Positions 1-11,500 of a stretch of DNA of 64,000 nt are shown here, piece by piece; position 1 is the first letter of the stretch; each line of letters begins with the position of its first letter. The translations under genes and the position numbers were made by a program. The stretch comes from Flectonema sp. DT1601 (Eukaryota): NCBI GenBank assembly GCA_964019425.1, contig OZ025787.1, forward strand, positions 1,240,001 to 1,304,000, in the 5' to 3' direction. The notes under the pieces were generated by a model. The model saw nothing but the letters and a program-made list of their open reading frames with translations. It did no database searches and was not told the DNA's origin.

Positions 1-570
1 GAGTGCCATCGTAAAAGAAGGGGGGAATTTTTTTTTTTTTTTTTGTGTGTTTTTCTTTTTTAAACAAAAATAAAATTCGTCCCTTGGTTGCTAGACAGCG
101 TGAGTTTCGTGTGCAATATATTCTGTTCTTCCTTCTTAGGAAATACGTAATGTGCACAAAACAAAGCTGTCCTGATTCAAAAACTGCGAACTTTGTACAA
201 AATTTTTTGTAGGCGTTTCATTGATTTTGAGTTACTTTCTGACATCTTTTTTTCTCTCTGTTTTTTTTTTGTATGAAGTTTGACGATTTCGTGCAATTTG
301 CCAAAAAAAACTCACTTCATTAGCAACTCTCTGATTATAAACAATTAACAATAGTAGCCACCCTGTAAGGGTTAAGAGGTTTATGACTTGTTCATTTCGT
401 CACACCTAAAAGACGACAACAAACTTTTTTTTTTTTTGGAGGGGGAAAAAAAAAAAAAAAAAATCATGCGAGGGAATACCACTTGTTGTTGGTCTTTCTG
501 AGCATCGATTATATTTTATGCCTTTTTTCTTTTTTTTTTTTTCCCCCCACTATGATGTATATTTTTTTTT

Positions 571-728
571 GCATTTAACAAGTATTGTAAGAACGAAAAA
601 GAATGTTGGCAGCACACGTAAACCTCCTTTAGCTTTATCAGTTTAAGTCGGTTCACGGTTTCGTGCACAAACAAAAAATCACAGTGTTATATCATTATTT
701 TCTGTATAGTTGAAGTTAAAGCCAATTC
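571..728 (-). mobile_element. Dispersed SINE/retroposon-like repeat family A, copy 1
   Basis: GCATTTAACAAGTATTGTAAGAACGAAAAAGAATGTTGGCAGCACACGTAAACCTCC...TTATCAGTTTAAGTCGGTTCACGGTTTCGTGCAC recurs at 32728, 51847 and 55099; each copy is preceded by a T tract (poly(A) on the minus strand). Confidence 0.7.
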
Positions 729-1388
729 TTTTTTTTTTTTGTAGTTTCTTAGTTAGTACACATCCTCATTGGCATTTCTGTGAGTGATTTTGGCTGTTCT
801 TATATTTTTCATGCCTTACGGGTATTAGCTTTTCTGAATTTACAGAAATTAATCAAAGAAAAAAAAAAAAAAAAATTCTATTTAATTTTTTCGTAGCCGG
901 TAGACTTTAGGTTGCTAGCTAGTGAACGTCTATTAATACCCATCGCTTGCTGTTGTTCTTTGAGTGATAGGTTCACCTCTTTTTGTTTTTTTTTATTACG
1001 ATCTCTTTGATTTAATTTACTTTAACTCTCTTTGTAATTTATGTTCTTTTTTGATAAGGTTCTGTCTTTTTTTCTATGTGAAAAAGCAAACCTGTTACTA
1101 CCAAGGTAGTTGTTATCGTATTGGCATTCATTAGGAAAGGTTAAAAATGCAGTAACCCCACCATACAACTATACTTTTTTGATCGAAACTGCCATCCACG
1201 TTTTGTTACGCGAGTGGTAAGGATCCTTTTTTTTTTTTTGTTTATTTAAATCTTGAGTGTGCTTAACTCAGGTCATTGTTGGTTAGTTTTGTTGTATTCT
1301 CACTCGGATACTACTATTAACAATGAACAATTTAAAGTTTGAAAACTATTTTTTCCCTTCCAGCTCATTACCAAAAAAACAAGTATCT

Positions 1389-2429
1389 ATGACAGATAGG
1401 CAAAAGGTATACCTGCGAAAGCATGACGTACCACTGATATTAGATAATATTGTTAGACAGATGTTGGAAGATAAACCAGCCAAACCCTTTAGTTATGTTG
1501 TACAGCAGTTGAAAGCCGTTCAGGAAAAAGCTGGAGGAAAGGTATGTTCAGTTTGTATATTTCAGAAATAGAAAAAAAAAAAGATTTAAAAAAAAAAAAA
1601 AAAAACTTCAGCCTGCCGAGGAGAACAAGGACAAGGAAAACACTCCGAAAGAAGAACCGATTGATTTGTCAAAAATGACTACCGATGACCAAGAAAAAAT
1701 CATCAAAATTCAAGCTCAATATCGCGGAGGCAAAGCCCGAAATGAAGTTAACACCATGAAGAAAGACAAACCCGCTTCATCTTCTGACAAAGAAAACAAA
1801 AAGGCAGAGACTGACCTCGACACAGAAGGCTGGAGCACAGAAGACAAAGATAAATTAGTTAAAATTCAAGCCAGATATAGAGGTGGTAAGGGACGAAAAG
1901 CAGCGGAAGAAAAGAAGGCCGTATGTAACTTTAATTTATCATAAATCAGAGCGTGAATTCACACTCAAAAACAACAATACCACAACAGGCAAAACCCGAC
2001 GAACCAACCCCAAAAGAAGGTGCTAGTGATAAACCAGAAGAATCAAATAAAGAGGAGGAGGTTTGTTACCTTAAAATTAATATCATATCCAATACTAATT
2101 TATGAATCATAAATCAACACAACAAAATACAGAAACCTGCAGAAGGTGACAAACCGGAAGAAAAGAAGGAAGCAGCCGCTGAGGAAAAAAAAATCGACGA
2201 CGAGAAACCTGCTGAGAGCACACCAGTAGCAGAGAAAAAAGAAGGTGCTGCCGAAGAAAAGAAGGAAGACGGACCCACGGAGAAAAAAGAAGAACCGAGT
2301 CCCGAGAAAAAGGAAGAAAACACCGAAGAGAAGAAGGAGGAAGCGGCACCTGAAAACGAAGCTAAAAAAGAGGAACAGAAAAAGGAGGAGGAAGAGAAGA
2401 AACCAGAAGAAGCCGAGAAAAAAGAATAA
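1389..2429 (+). CDS. RIIa/Dpy-30-type dimerization-docking domain + 2 IQ motifs + Lys/Glu-rich tail (Sp17-like, probably flagellar); exons 1389-1541, 1612-1920, 1989-2060, 2133-2429
   Basis: YLRKHDVPLILDNIVRQMLEDKPAKPFSYVVQQL resembles a D/D domain; IQ motifs IIKIQAQYRGGKAR and LVKIQARYRGGKGR; three phase-0 GT-AG introns join the fragments into one frame ending TAA at 2427-2429. Confidence 0.8.
1542..1611 (+). other. Spliceosomal cis intron (70 nt)
   Basis: GTATGT...AAAAACTTCAG; removal restores the frame. Confidence 0.85.
1921..1988 (+). other. Spliceosomal cis intron (68 nt)
   Basis: GTATGT...CAACAATACCACAACAG; removal restores the frame. Confidence 0.85.
2061..2132 (+). other. Spliceosomal cis intron (72 nt)
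   Basis: GTTTGT...CAACACAACAAAATACAG; contains an in-frame stop, and removal restores the K/E-rich frame. Confidence 0.85.
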
Positions 2430-3584
2430 TTGATACTGCCTGATGCTGATTATTGCTAATGTTACTCTGTACCTGTTCCTTGGGTGAATATATAACTGAG
2501 TTGTTCCTCACTACCGTGTCGCAACACCAGTCACATATATGAGACGACCGATTTTCCCTTCCCACTTGTGATGCTACAAAGTCTACCTGTTTAGGGGAAG
2601 GCGTTCTCAACATACTCTTGGAGTATTTTTTTATTTTCATTTTTCATTTTTTTTTTCTTCTAGTGAAAGTTAAGAAAGGTTACCCAACCTAACAACAGTA
2701 CACCAAATCAATTCAAAACATCCGATTCGATGCATTGCCATACCGTACTGCGCTGCAGTCGAGCTTTCATTTTGAATGCACTCCCCTACACGCTTTCGTA
2801 GCCCAAGGGGAAAGCAAAATTGCAAAAAAAAAAAAAAAGACCTACCAGCTTGAGAGGGTAGCACCTGCTTTATGCATTTACTAGTTTTTATTTGACTCTT
2901 AGTAAAGAGGAAAGCCGCCCGAAAGGGTTGCGCGAACAAGAAAGGGAATGTGAAATGTGTGATTGAAATTGTTATAAAAGAAAAAAAATATGCAGATATA
3001 AATATTTCCGCATTCTGTACCCTATTAAAAAAATTATAAAATTCCCCCGATGGGTCCTATTGGGTGGGGGCGATTTTTTATACCTTGTTGGGAATATAAC
3101 AAGCTAGGTATCCTGTATATGAAGGTGAATAAGAGCTCCTTTTTTCTTTTTTTTTCTTTTACTTTTCACTGCAATTCACAGGAACTGAAAAAAAAAAAAA
3201 AAAAAAGGTCCTGCATTCTCACGAGAAAAAAAAAACTACGTTTATTTATTTCTTAACGCCCCTTTCCTTTTCCCATCCTCTTGTTTCTCGTTGTCACATA
3301 GTTCGAATCCAAGAAAGAAAAAAAAAAAAAAAAATACCCAACAAACCGAATGTACTTAGCAACACAAAGAAACTTATGAAAAAAAGAATTGATTATTTTA
3401 ATTTAATTTTGATCTCCGACAGATGTTAAATTGAATACGGGAATAGGGCACCACACTATGCTAATTCACGACAAGGAGTAGAGTGAATTCTAATAATAAA
3501 AATATAATATTTGTTTTCCCCTACTTCAGACTGATAAAGGTGAGAGCAGAGAGACCTGAACATCAACACAACAACAAAACTAAA

Positions 3585-5747
3585 ATGGAACAGGTGGATA
3601 GCAGGTGTCCCGTGTTTAAATACCTCGTAACATATGGAACTCACGAGTTTCTCTCTGGTGAGCTGCAAGGATCTGTGTCATACACTGTGGCTCAATTCTT
3701 AACTTTCTTAATGAATGCGAATGAGTCAATACTTCAACTCAACGACGGCACTGGCAGCTCTCTCAATGAAATGTGGACTGAAATTGTTGTCGGTCAGGAA
3801 AAGTTAAAAATAACAGCTCACTCTGAATTCCAACGAGAGAAGGCGATTGAACTCCGTTTGGGTGACTTACTTGGCATCGCTGCTCATCATCATTGCATGT
3901 TTATAAGATTTCATTACAATGCGTTACCACCTGTGGGTGTCGATACTAATTATAAGAAACGATTGAATCAATTTTATGCTATGTACGATGCTACTAAATT
4001 AGTAATAGTTGATAGAATGTTGTATCATGCAAGAGGTTTTGAAGAAATTCTAATGGCTGAACTGTCAAGAAGGTACGGACCAGAACCAGCACCGTCAATT
4101 GACATCAGATTTCGAGATCGTTTAACAGCATTCTACCATCATTACAATCCATCAAAGGTACCTGATGTTTATGATATTCTAGCGTCGTATATTGGTGCAG
4201 AGGAACAACTCTTATCAGCGTTAGTTGCTAAGTATGGACCTGAACCAGTTATTTTGGGTTCAGACGCCGGTTCTGATGACAGTTTCACGTACACCAATGA
4301 TAGTGAAAAAAGCGACGTTGATCCTCATCCGTTATCAGTTCCTTTAATGCCTTTTATAACTCCACTTCATGACTATGAGCTCCCCAGTGCTGATGTTGGT
4401 GACTTCGCTGCTGATGTTCATTTTTGGGATAATTTTGTAAATCAAATGCCGTCAACAGAAGAACCAGGAACTGGAATTAACTGCAATCAACAACTGCTAC
4501 AACAGTTTATGAGATCTTATCCAATCTTGTTTCCACATATTGTTACCGTTACGTGTCCTTTTAAGGAACAAGTGTTCAGAGGGTCGAATGAGTTTTGGGA
4601 ATATGTGAAGGCCCGAAGCGACGCCAACACCGAAGACGTAGCTGCTGCAGTCCCAAGTCACGTTGTAAGATGCGTGTCTAGTCTTGATGTTGTTACAGAT
4701 GCTGTGTTATTGACTCGTAGAGAATGGCAACATTTAGTTGATGATTGGGAAACAGCTCATAATTTAGAAAGAAGAGTTAAAGTTGGTTCTGTTGCAGTTG
4801 ATGGAGATCCGAGTGATTTACTTCAATTACCTCCGAGACCACCTCCAGTAATACCACCACCTCCACCACCTGTTGTGGAACAAAAGAAAATTCAAACCAT
4901 AGCAACTACTGAAACACAAACTGATGCGTTGCCTGAGCCGGTTGAACTGACTCCGGAACCGTCTGAAATCTCAGAACCGACACCTGTTATTGCACCAGCA
5001 GTGACAACTCCTCCAAAGTTAAGACTTGCTCATGCGAGTGGTTCTGCTCTTCCTGTTGCGTGGCCTGTTGCTACCTTAGCAAACTCATCACCTCGTAGGT
5101 ATGGATTCGATGATGATAAACACGCTCCTCCAGTAGCTGGTGATGATACAATGGAACCTTACTTAAGAGCAGCACTCATGCAGGCAAAGTCTAAATCAAC
5201 ACCGCAGACAACACCAAATAGAACTTTTGAAACCCAAACAACAAATTGGATACCACCTTCAGTAAACCCTATACTATCAGGTAAGACTGGTCCATGTCCA
5301 AGAAAGATAGTTGAAGGACCTCCTCCTCCAGTTCTTCCACAGACTAGACAAATTGATAGAAGAGAACCATCAACAAGTGCAGCTCAAAATCCATTTCTCG
5401 CAACGTATGCTACGATGCCGACGATGAAGGTTACTAAATCACCTGCCCTTTCAGCAACGAATACTGTTAGCGGTAAGGGTTGGGTTCAACCTTTGAGTGC
5501 CAGCACTGGTTCTGATTTCATGGAATTACTGAATGCTAATGAGAATACTCACAATTCTCGAGTTCCCCAACAGACACCTGTTAGACGAACTCCTGTTGGT
5601 ACTTCACCTTATAAACATCAATCACCTGCTTATCAATCAACAGCTTCTAGAAATAATAATAAAGCAAGCAGAAGCGGTTCTGGTGCATCCAGAGACCGCT
5701 ATTGGAAAGCGTTCTTAAAAGAAATGCAGTCCCTAACCAAAGGTTAG
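3585..5747 (+). CDS. Uncharacterized protein with two 'RLxxFYxxYxxxK...YGPEP' helical repeats and a Pro-rich disordered C-terminus
   Basis: Long ORF; RLNQFYAMYDATK...RRYGPEP and RLTAFYHHYNPSK...AKYGPEP; first ATG after pyrimidine tract-AG at 3528-3529. Confidence 0.75.
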   Translation: MEQVDSRCPVFKYLVTYGTHEFLSGELQGSVSYTVAQFLTFLMNANESILQLNDGTGSSLNEMWTEIVVGQEKLKITAHSEFQREKAIELRLGDLLGIAAHHHCMFIRFHYNALPPVGVDTNYKKRLNQFYAMYDATKLVIVDRMLYHARGFEEILMAELSRRYGPEPAPSIDIRFRDRLTAFYHHYNPSKVPDVYDILASYIGAEEQLLSALVAKYGPEPVILGSDAGSDDSFTYTNDSEKSDVDPHPLSVPLMPFITPLHDYELPSADVGDFAADVHFWDNFVNQMPSTEEPGTGINCNQQLLQQFMRSYPILFPHIVTVTCPFKEQVFRGSNEFWEYVKARSDANTEDVAAAVPSHVVRCVSSLDVVTDAVLLTRREWQHLVDDWETAHNLERRVKVGSVAVDGDPSDLLQLPPRPPPVIPPPPPPVVEQKKIQTIATTETQTDALPEPVELTPEPSEISEPTPVIAPAVTTPPKLRLAHASGSALPVAWPVATLANSSPRRYGFDDDKHAPPVAGDDTMEPYLRAALMQAKSKSTPQTTPNRTFETQTTNWIPPSVNPILSGKTGPCPRKIVEGPPPPVLPQTRQIDRREPSTSAAQNPFLATYATMPTMKVTKSPALSATNTVSGKGWVQPLSASTGSDFMELLNANENTHNSRVPQQTPVRRTPVGTSPYKHQSPAYQSTASRNNNKASRSGSGASRDRYWKAFLKEMQSLTKG

Positions 5748-5976
5748 TAATGTCACTATCACCACACAAATGATGCTAAATTCAGAAGGTGCCTTGACAT
5801 TGAACTTTTATTAGGTCAGACTTCCTATTTTTTCCTCCTTTTCCTTCGATACTCCTTTATTAGATAGTAGAGACTGGTCTCTTCCCTATTGGGTTCAGCA
5901 TTGCGGTGTTTACTTTACTTTATTTTGTTATTATTATTATTTTTTTTTTGCACCGACAGAAGTCGGAGAAGAAACT

Positions 5977-6054
5977 TCAGATTAAAGAGCCGTTTATTTT
6001 ATTATGTTGAGTTGTTTAGTAATACTGTTTGCGATCGAGGCGTTGTCTGAAATG
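5977..6054. repeat. Dispersed repeat family B, copy 1
   Basis: TCAGATTAAAGAGCCGTTTATTTTATTATG...TCTGAAATG then a T run; near-identical core at 39016. Confidence 0.65.
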
Positions 6055-6340
6055 TTTTTTTTTTTTTTTTTTTGAATTCTGATAGAAGTTATTTTAATAT
6101 TAGTTACTGTTTAGCTTTCTCTCCCAAAATTGTACCGTTTTTTCTTTTCCTCCTTTCCAATCCCCTTCCCCTATTGATGTTTTTTTTTGTATAAATCTAT
6201 TTTGGTATTTCTGTTAAATGTTGTATTTCGAATTTAGTTTGTTGTGAAGTAGTTTGTTCAATTTTTCTTCTTTTTTCAACTAAACAGACCTCTATTAGCA
6301 GTGGAGTTACTTTGTACAACAAAACAGGTCTCACACATGA

Positions 6341-7324
6341 ATGGATACGGAACATCAACCAGAGCATTGTTTTAATGAAAAAATTCGTGTTGAGGAGCTT
6401 CCTGGTAAAGGAAACGGTGTCGTCGCTGTAAAGGATCTGCCATCTGATTTCTGTGTTGCCAGGGAAGAACCCATAGCGTGGTGTATTGATCCAAAATATG
6501 ATGGAAAAGTTTGCACTGGATGTCTCTCTGCAGAAGTAGGTTTGAAAACTTGTGAACAATGTGGCTATGGAGGATGTTGTTTAAATTGTGAAGAAGGAGA
6601 TGTAATGAATCACGATACCAGTGAGTGCAACGCTTTTATGAAAATAAATTCATCAGTCCAAGAACAGTGTACTGACGGATGGAGACCTGCTGATCTAATA
6701 TTATTGTGTAGAATGCTAGTTAAGTTTTACAGAGCTTGTGATTCATCACATTCAGTATGGAAATTATCATCACAAGACTGCAGTGATGGCGACAAATTAC
6801 AATTTAGAACCACAGCTGCGTCGATTGCGTCTGCGGCGATCGACTGCAACATCACCGACATGCAAAAACTTGTTGTAATAATTGAAACAAACTGCTACTC
6901 CTTATCACTAAGAGTTCATTATAGACCACTAACAGAAGGTGACGATTTGATTAGTGTTGATGAAGATTTTAATTCAGTCGGTATCGCAACGTATTACTCT
7001 TTATCGATGTTCAACCACAGCTGTACTCCAAACATTGTTAAGATACCAAATGGACTTAGTATGACTTTAGTTACAGTGTCACCGGTATTATCAAATACAG
7101 AAATATGTCACTCGTACGTATCTCCACAGCAGTCGTCTTCCCGTAGACGAGAAGAGCTACTTCACAGTTGGGGTTTTGAATGTTTGTGTGAGAGATGTAC
7201 AGATGCTACATGCATGTGGTCAATCACTAATGTCTGCAGCTGTGGTGGTTTATACATACGAGATCCTGAAGATTGCAGTGTCGGAATATGTCATTATTGT
7301 GGAGAATGGGCTGATGAACTGTAA
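6341..7324 (+). CDS. SET and MYND domain (SMYD-like) lysine methyltransferase
   Basis: GKGNGVVA pre-MYND SET segment; CxxC...CxxC MYND; MFNHSCTPN; HSY; post-SET WGFECLCERC. Confidence 0.9.
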   Translation: MDTEHQPEHCFNEKIRVEELPGKGNGVVAVKDLPSDFCVAREEPIAWCIDPKYDGKVCTGCLSAEVGLKTCEQCGYGGCCLNCEEGDVMNHDTSECNAFMKINSSVQEQCTDGWRPADLILLCRMLVKFYRACDSSHSVWKLSSQDCSDGDKLQFRTTAASIASAAIDCNITDMQKLVVIIETNCYSLSLRVHYRPLTEGDDLISVDEDFNSVGIATYYSLSMFNHSCTPNIVKIPNGLSMTLVTVSPVLSNTEICHSYVSPQQSSSRRREELLHSWGFECLCERCTDATCMWSITNVCSCGGLYIRDPEDCSVGICHYCGEWADEL

Positions 7325-7479
7325 AGCAAAAAATAAAAAAATAAAATAGAGGACAACCCTCTCTACCCTATCTTTATCAACGTTTACTGTTTACGTCGTA
7401 AACCTTTGAGGAATTGATCCGCCCTCGTGAATGTTGAGATACTTTTTGTGTTCATAACAATTACTACGCTACTCAGTAA

Positions 7480-8448
7480 ATGTATCCTTTCCCTTTTAAT
7501 AAAAATGGAATCGTTTATGTCAAAGGATGTGGAGGTCGAAACAGATCTAAAATGTACCCAACCAGTGATGAGGTAAAAGGATTAGGAGAGATCGCACCGA
7601 GAGAAGGAAAAGTTGTTGTTGATTGGCCAAGTCCGAGAAATACGTCATCATTTCTACGAGAGTTGATGGAGAGAATGGAAGCAGCATGGTGTCTGGGTAA
7701 AGTTCAGTATAGCATAACACCTCATGAAAATAATAAAAATATCCCTGGTGGGGTTGTGTCACCCCTAACTGATCTTTTACTGTGGTATTCACCTGAAGGC
7801 ACATCCACAATAGCAGTCCGAAGCATCCCTCTTCACCCAATAGAGTACGACGGCGTCTGGTGGTACAAACAACCTGACACATCCAAACAAAATAATACCA
7901 CGTCACTCATTACTCTTTACGTTTTACTCCCAGAACCGGAACCTTACAATCCGAGACGGCTACATATGAAGTGTAAGTTAAAAGAAGCAGTTTATTTCTT
8001 ACCAGTATTGCATTCAAATACTGAACATCAAAGCAGTTGGTCATTTCCAATGAGAGTTATGAAAGAAAAGATAATGAACAAAGTTAGATCGTGTGTATGC
8101 AGAATGAATAGTTGTCTTCATCAGACTTATGCGAGTATGGTAATACCAGGATCGAGACTTCATGATCTGGCTGATGTTTTTAAAGCGGAGTTAAACATAA
8201 AGGATATCATCACTGACAAGACACCAGGTGAACAGATTATTACTCGAGCAGTCTCTCCTTTAATTGGATCAACAAAGCCATCAATTAATAACACAAGTAA
8301 CTGTCCTATATGTTCACAATACGTATCAGATATATCTCATCACATGATTGAATCACATTGGAGATCTGAAATTAGTTCCTCAGCTCTCTCTGACTTAGAT
8401 GTGAGTAACGTCTTATCAAGTGAAGATTCAAAGTGGTTGGGACTTTAA
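7480..8448 (+). CDS. Hypothetical protein with C-terminal C2H2-like zinc finger (start may be 7552)
   Basis: 322-aa ORF; CPICSQYVSDISHHMIESH. Confidence 0.65.
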   Translation: MYPFPFNKNGIVYVKGCGGRNRSKMYPTSDEVKGLGEIAPREGKVVVDWPSPRNTSSFLRELMERMEAAWCLGKVQYSITPHENNKNIPGGVVSPLTDLLLWYSPEGTSTIAVRSIPLHPIEYDGVWWYKQPDTSKQNNTTSLITLYVLLPEPEPYNPRRLHMKCKLKEAVYFLPVLHSNTEHQSSWSFPMRVMKEKIMNKVRSCVCRMNSCLHQTYASMVIPGSRLHDLADVFKAELNIKDIITDKTPGEQIITRAVSPLIGSTKPSINNTSNCPICSQYVSDISHHMIESHWRSEISSSALSDLDVSNVLSSEDSKWLGL

Positions 8449-8585
8449 TTTTATTTACACCACCGCCATTTACACGGTTGTTATCCTCCTCTACTTATCT
8501 GGTTTATTGAATTGTGAATGTTTTGTCTGACTTATTTCTTTTCTTCCCATCTACAAATACAGACACCGTAATAATTGATATTAAA

Positions 8586-11500
8586 ATGTCATTGAAGTTA
8601 TTCATAACACATATCAACATACTCACAGTGATGAGTGCCTACACAATTGTGTCTCAAGATCCTTTGCTATCCGTTGATTCAGTCATGAAGGGGACTACTA
8701 TGGTGGTTGAGTTCACAGATGTAAATGGCTGTCATTCAGTTCGGTTGAAAAACTTGAATGAGATCGCCTACTGTAGAGACACTGAACTTGACATTCCTTT
8801 ATTATGTGATCAGCTGTGTAGATGTACCGTCGCTGTTCCTTTAGCTCTTGAGACAAGATTAATCGGTTTATGCAAGGGAAGAGAACAACTTGCAATAAGC
8901 AATAGAATTATAACGGCTGAAAATGTGTGGGACGGCTTTACATTATCACCTACTGGAGTACAGTCAGAATACGACTTAGAAATTACTGGGGCACATCTTC
9001 TAACTCAACCTACTGGAATCCACTACGCGCTTTCTATTATGAGAGATTGTAGTGTATTTGATAATGAAGGGATCGTATCGAATGTTGGTATGCAAAATGG
9101 AATATATAAAAAAAATGGAATCAGAATTACGCTAACAGGCGTCATCGGACTTTGTATATCAAGAGATGCTGTCTCATGGAGTTCCTATTCAGAAGGTATT
9201 CTGCTTGGCGAGGATCTAATTTCTTCGTATTCAGCTGACACTCCAAATCAACAATCGGCATTCGTAGTCACATTTCATGCTGCTCCGTCATCGGTTGGGA
9301 TTGTTCACCAATTTGTATTTTCTGTTAAGAGTGAGACGCAAGGGTTAACGCAGTTCTTTAACGTACCAGTGATAAGTCACAACTCAACAGTAGTTGTTGT
9401 AAATTATATATTGATCGGACCACTGCCTATACCTTTGGAAGTACATCCAGCTGTGTCGGTAAATGGAAATAGTTATAATGTATTGTTGGGAACGTTAGTT
9501 GTTCCGAGTTGTCTTTCTGGTTATGACTTTAGTCAAGTGAGTAGAATGTGTGAAACGTGTCCAAATTTATGTTCTGGAAACGGTTATTGCGATGGAGGTA
9601 CTTGCGTTTGTAGTCATCCTTATACAGGTGATTCTTGTTCGACGTATATTCTTGCTGGAGTTAGAATAACAAATGTTCATCAAAATCTTGACACAGACTT
9701 CTCAATCGACACTCTCGCTGTTGATTTCACCATCCTTGACTTCTCTAATCAAAGCTCTGTAATTATAAATTATCAAATAATAAGTTACATTGGAACAACA
9801 TTATTCTATCAACAGTCTGTTATAGCTGGTACTGATAGACAGACGATTACAATTAACACAACTGAAAATATCATTGGTGATGTTACTGTTCGGATATACA
9901 CAAGTAAAATAGGCGATTACAAAGACAGCGTTGTTGTTGAGGGTTTGTATCGTGTGAAAAAAACCTTGTTTGAACCTGAGATAAAATTACCTGGGTTGGA
10001 CATCGTTGTTGAACCAGACATGGGAGAGTTAATCTTTGAATATATCAACAGAGGATACCCTCATTCGAATATTATAATTTACTACTCAGCTAAGTTAGTC
10101 AGTGACATTAGGAATATCAATATAGTTAACGAAACTTTCAATCAAGCAATTCCCATATTATCTTTATTGAAGACAATAAACCCCATCCTGAGAGGAACTT
10201 ATATAATCAATAGTCATGCTTGTCCTAATTCGATAGAAGACAATAAACGATACTGTTGTTCTAACATGGTAGATAAAACTGTTGTGGTTAAAGAGAAAAG
10301 TAGGATTCCAATAATTGAAACGTTTGGATTGAATCATTCTTCCTTTGGGAACTCTTTTATTGATTCTTGTGAGATGAGGTCAAGTGTGAGTGATCGATTC
10401 GGAATCGGAAAAATAATAATATCGACGACGATGGAGGATTCACTTTTATTTGATTCGGTTTCATTAGGATTTGTAAGTAGTTATAAACAACATGGACAAG
10501 GTCAATACTCGATATATTCACGATTCTTAAACACGACAGACAGTTATTTCTTGCCAAGTGATGTCGTTAATTTCAATTTTACGATTTACATTAAAACCCC
10601 GGAATGTCAATACAGTTCATCTTTTGGTTCAGTTTTTCCAATCGGAGAATACGCTTTGAATTCGTTAAGTGTAAACTATCACTCTGTTGTTGTTGTTTTA
10701 AAGACTTTGACAGAGACTGGACATCTTCAGGAAGTAACACATGATGATCCTGCGAGTACTCTTTCATTCAGACAACCGGGTTTTTATAAAATAAGCTGCA
10801 AGACTATACCCGTGGCGGGAATGGATTACAACATTGAATCTGGTGTTCAATTTTCAGAATTTATAGTACAAAAAAAACTTTTGATGCCAACTATATCGGT
10901 TGTTAACTTTGATGAATTTGCAACAGTTTCAGCTCAGAATAGTGAAACTGGCATCGCGTTACTCAATTCTGAACTACGACCTCGAGAATACCAACTTCAT
11001 GGTGAGATAAATATGACAACACAGGGACGTCACGATGTTCAGGTGTACACTCTGTCTCTGAACGATTCTTTTTTTATTAATAGTGATACAAAGTCTGTCA
11101 CTGTGACCGTTTTTAAAAAGACACCAACACCAATAATCACCACCACTGGAGTATCTTATACGGACGTTAACAGTTTTATTAACGAAGTAGAGATAGCTGT
11201 GAGTGTGTTTAGGTCTTTGGGGAGTTCAGTTCCGATTTCAAATAGTCTTTTGAACGTGACGATGAATGGAATTGTATTCTCAGATGCAGTGATGAGAATT
11301 TCACATCCAGGAAGGCATCTCATAACAATTACAGTTCTGTTTTTAGAATCGGATTTATACTTACCGAGTAACAGTGTTGTTGTTGAAATTTTTATTTATA
11401 AAAAATTACTGCCCTGCGAAGTAATTGCATCATCTGATGAGACTGACAGTACTGCCGGATGGATGTTGAACTTTGCTGACGTTTCAATGTCGAGTTTAAA

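Noticed and set aside
620..670. Family A minus strand GAAAC...CTGATAA as a hammerhead
   Set aside because: The core is CUGAUAA rather than CUGANGA, and stem III does not form
2107..2433. Short F/S-rich minus-strand ORFs and an R/K-rich alternative-frame ORF
   Set aside because: Shadows of the K/E-rich last exon of the RIIa/IQ gene
3301..3310. GTTCGAATCC, a tRNA T-loop/B-box-like motif (similar motifs at 22661 and 40561)
   Set aside because: No flanking T-stem, acceptor stem or cloverleaf could be built
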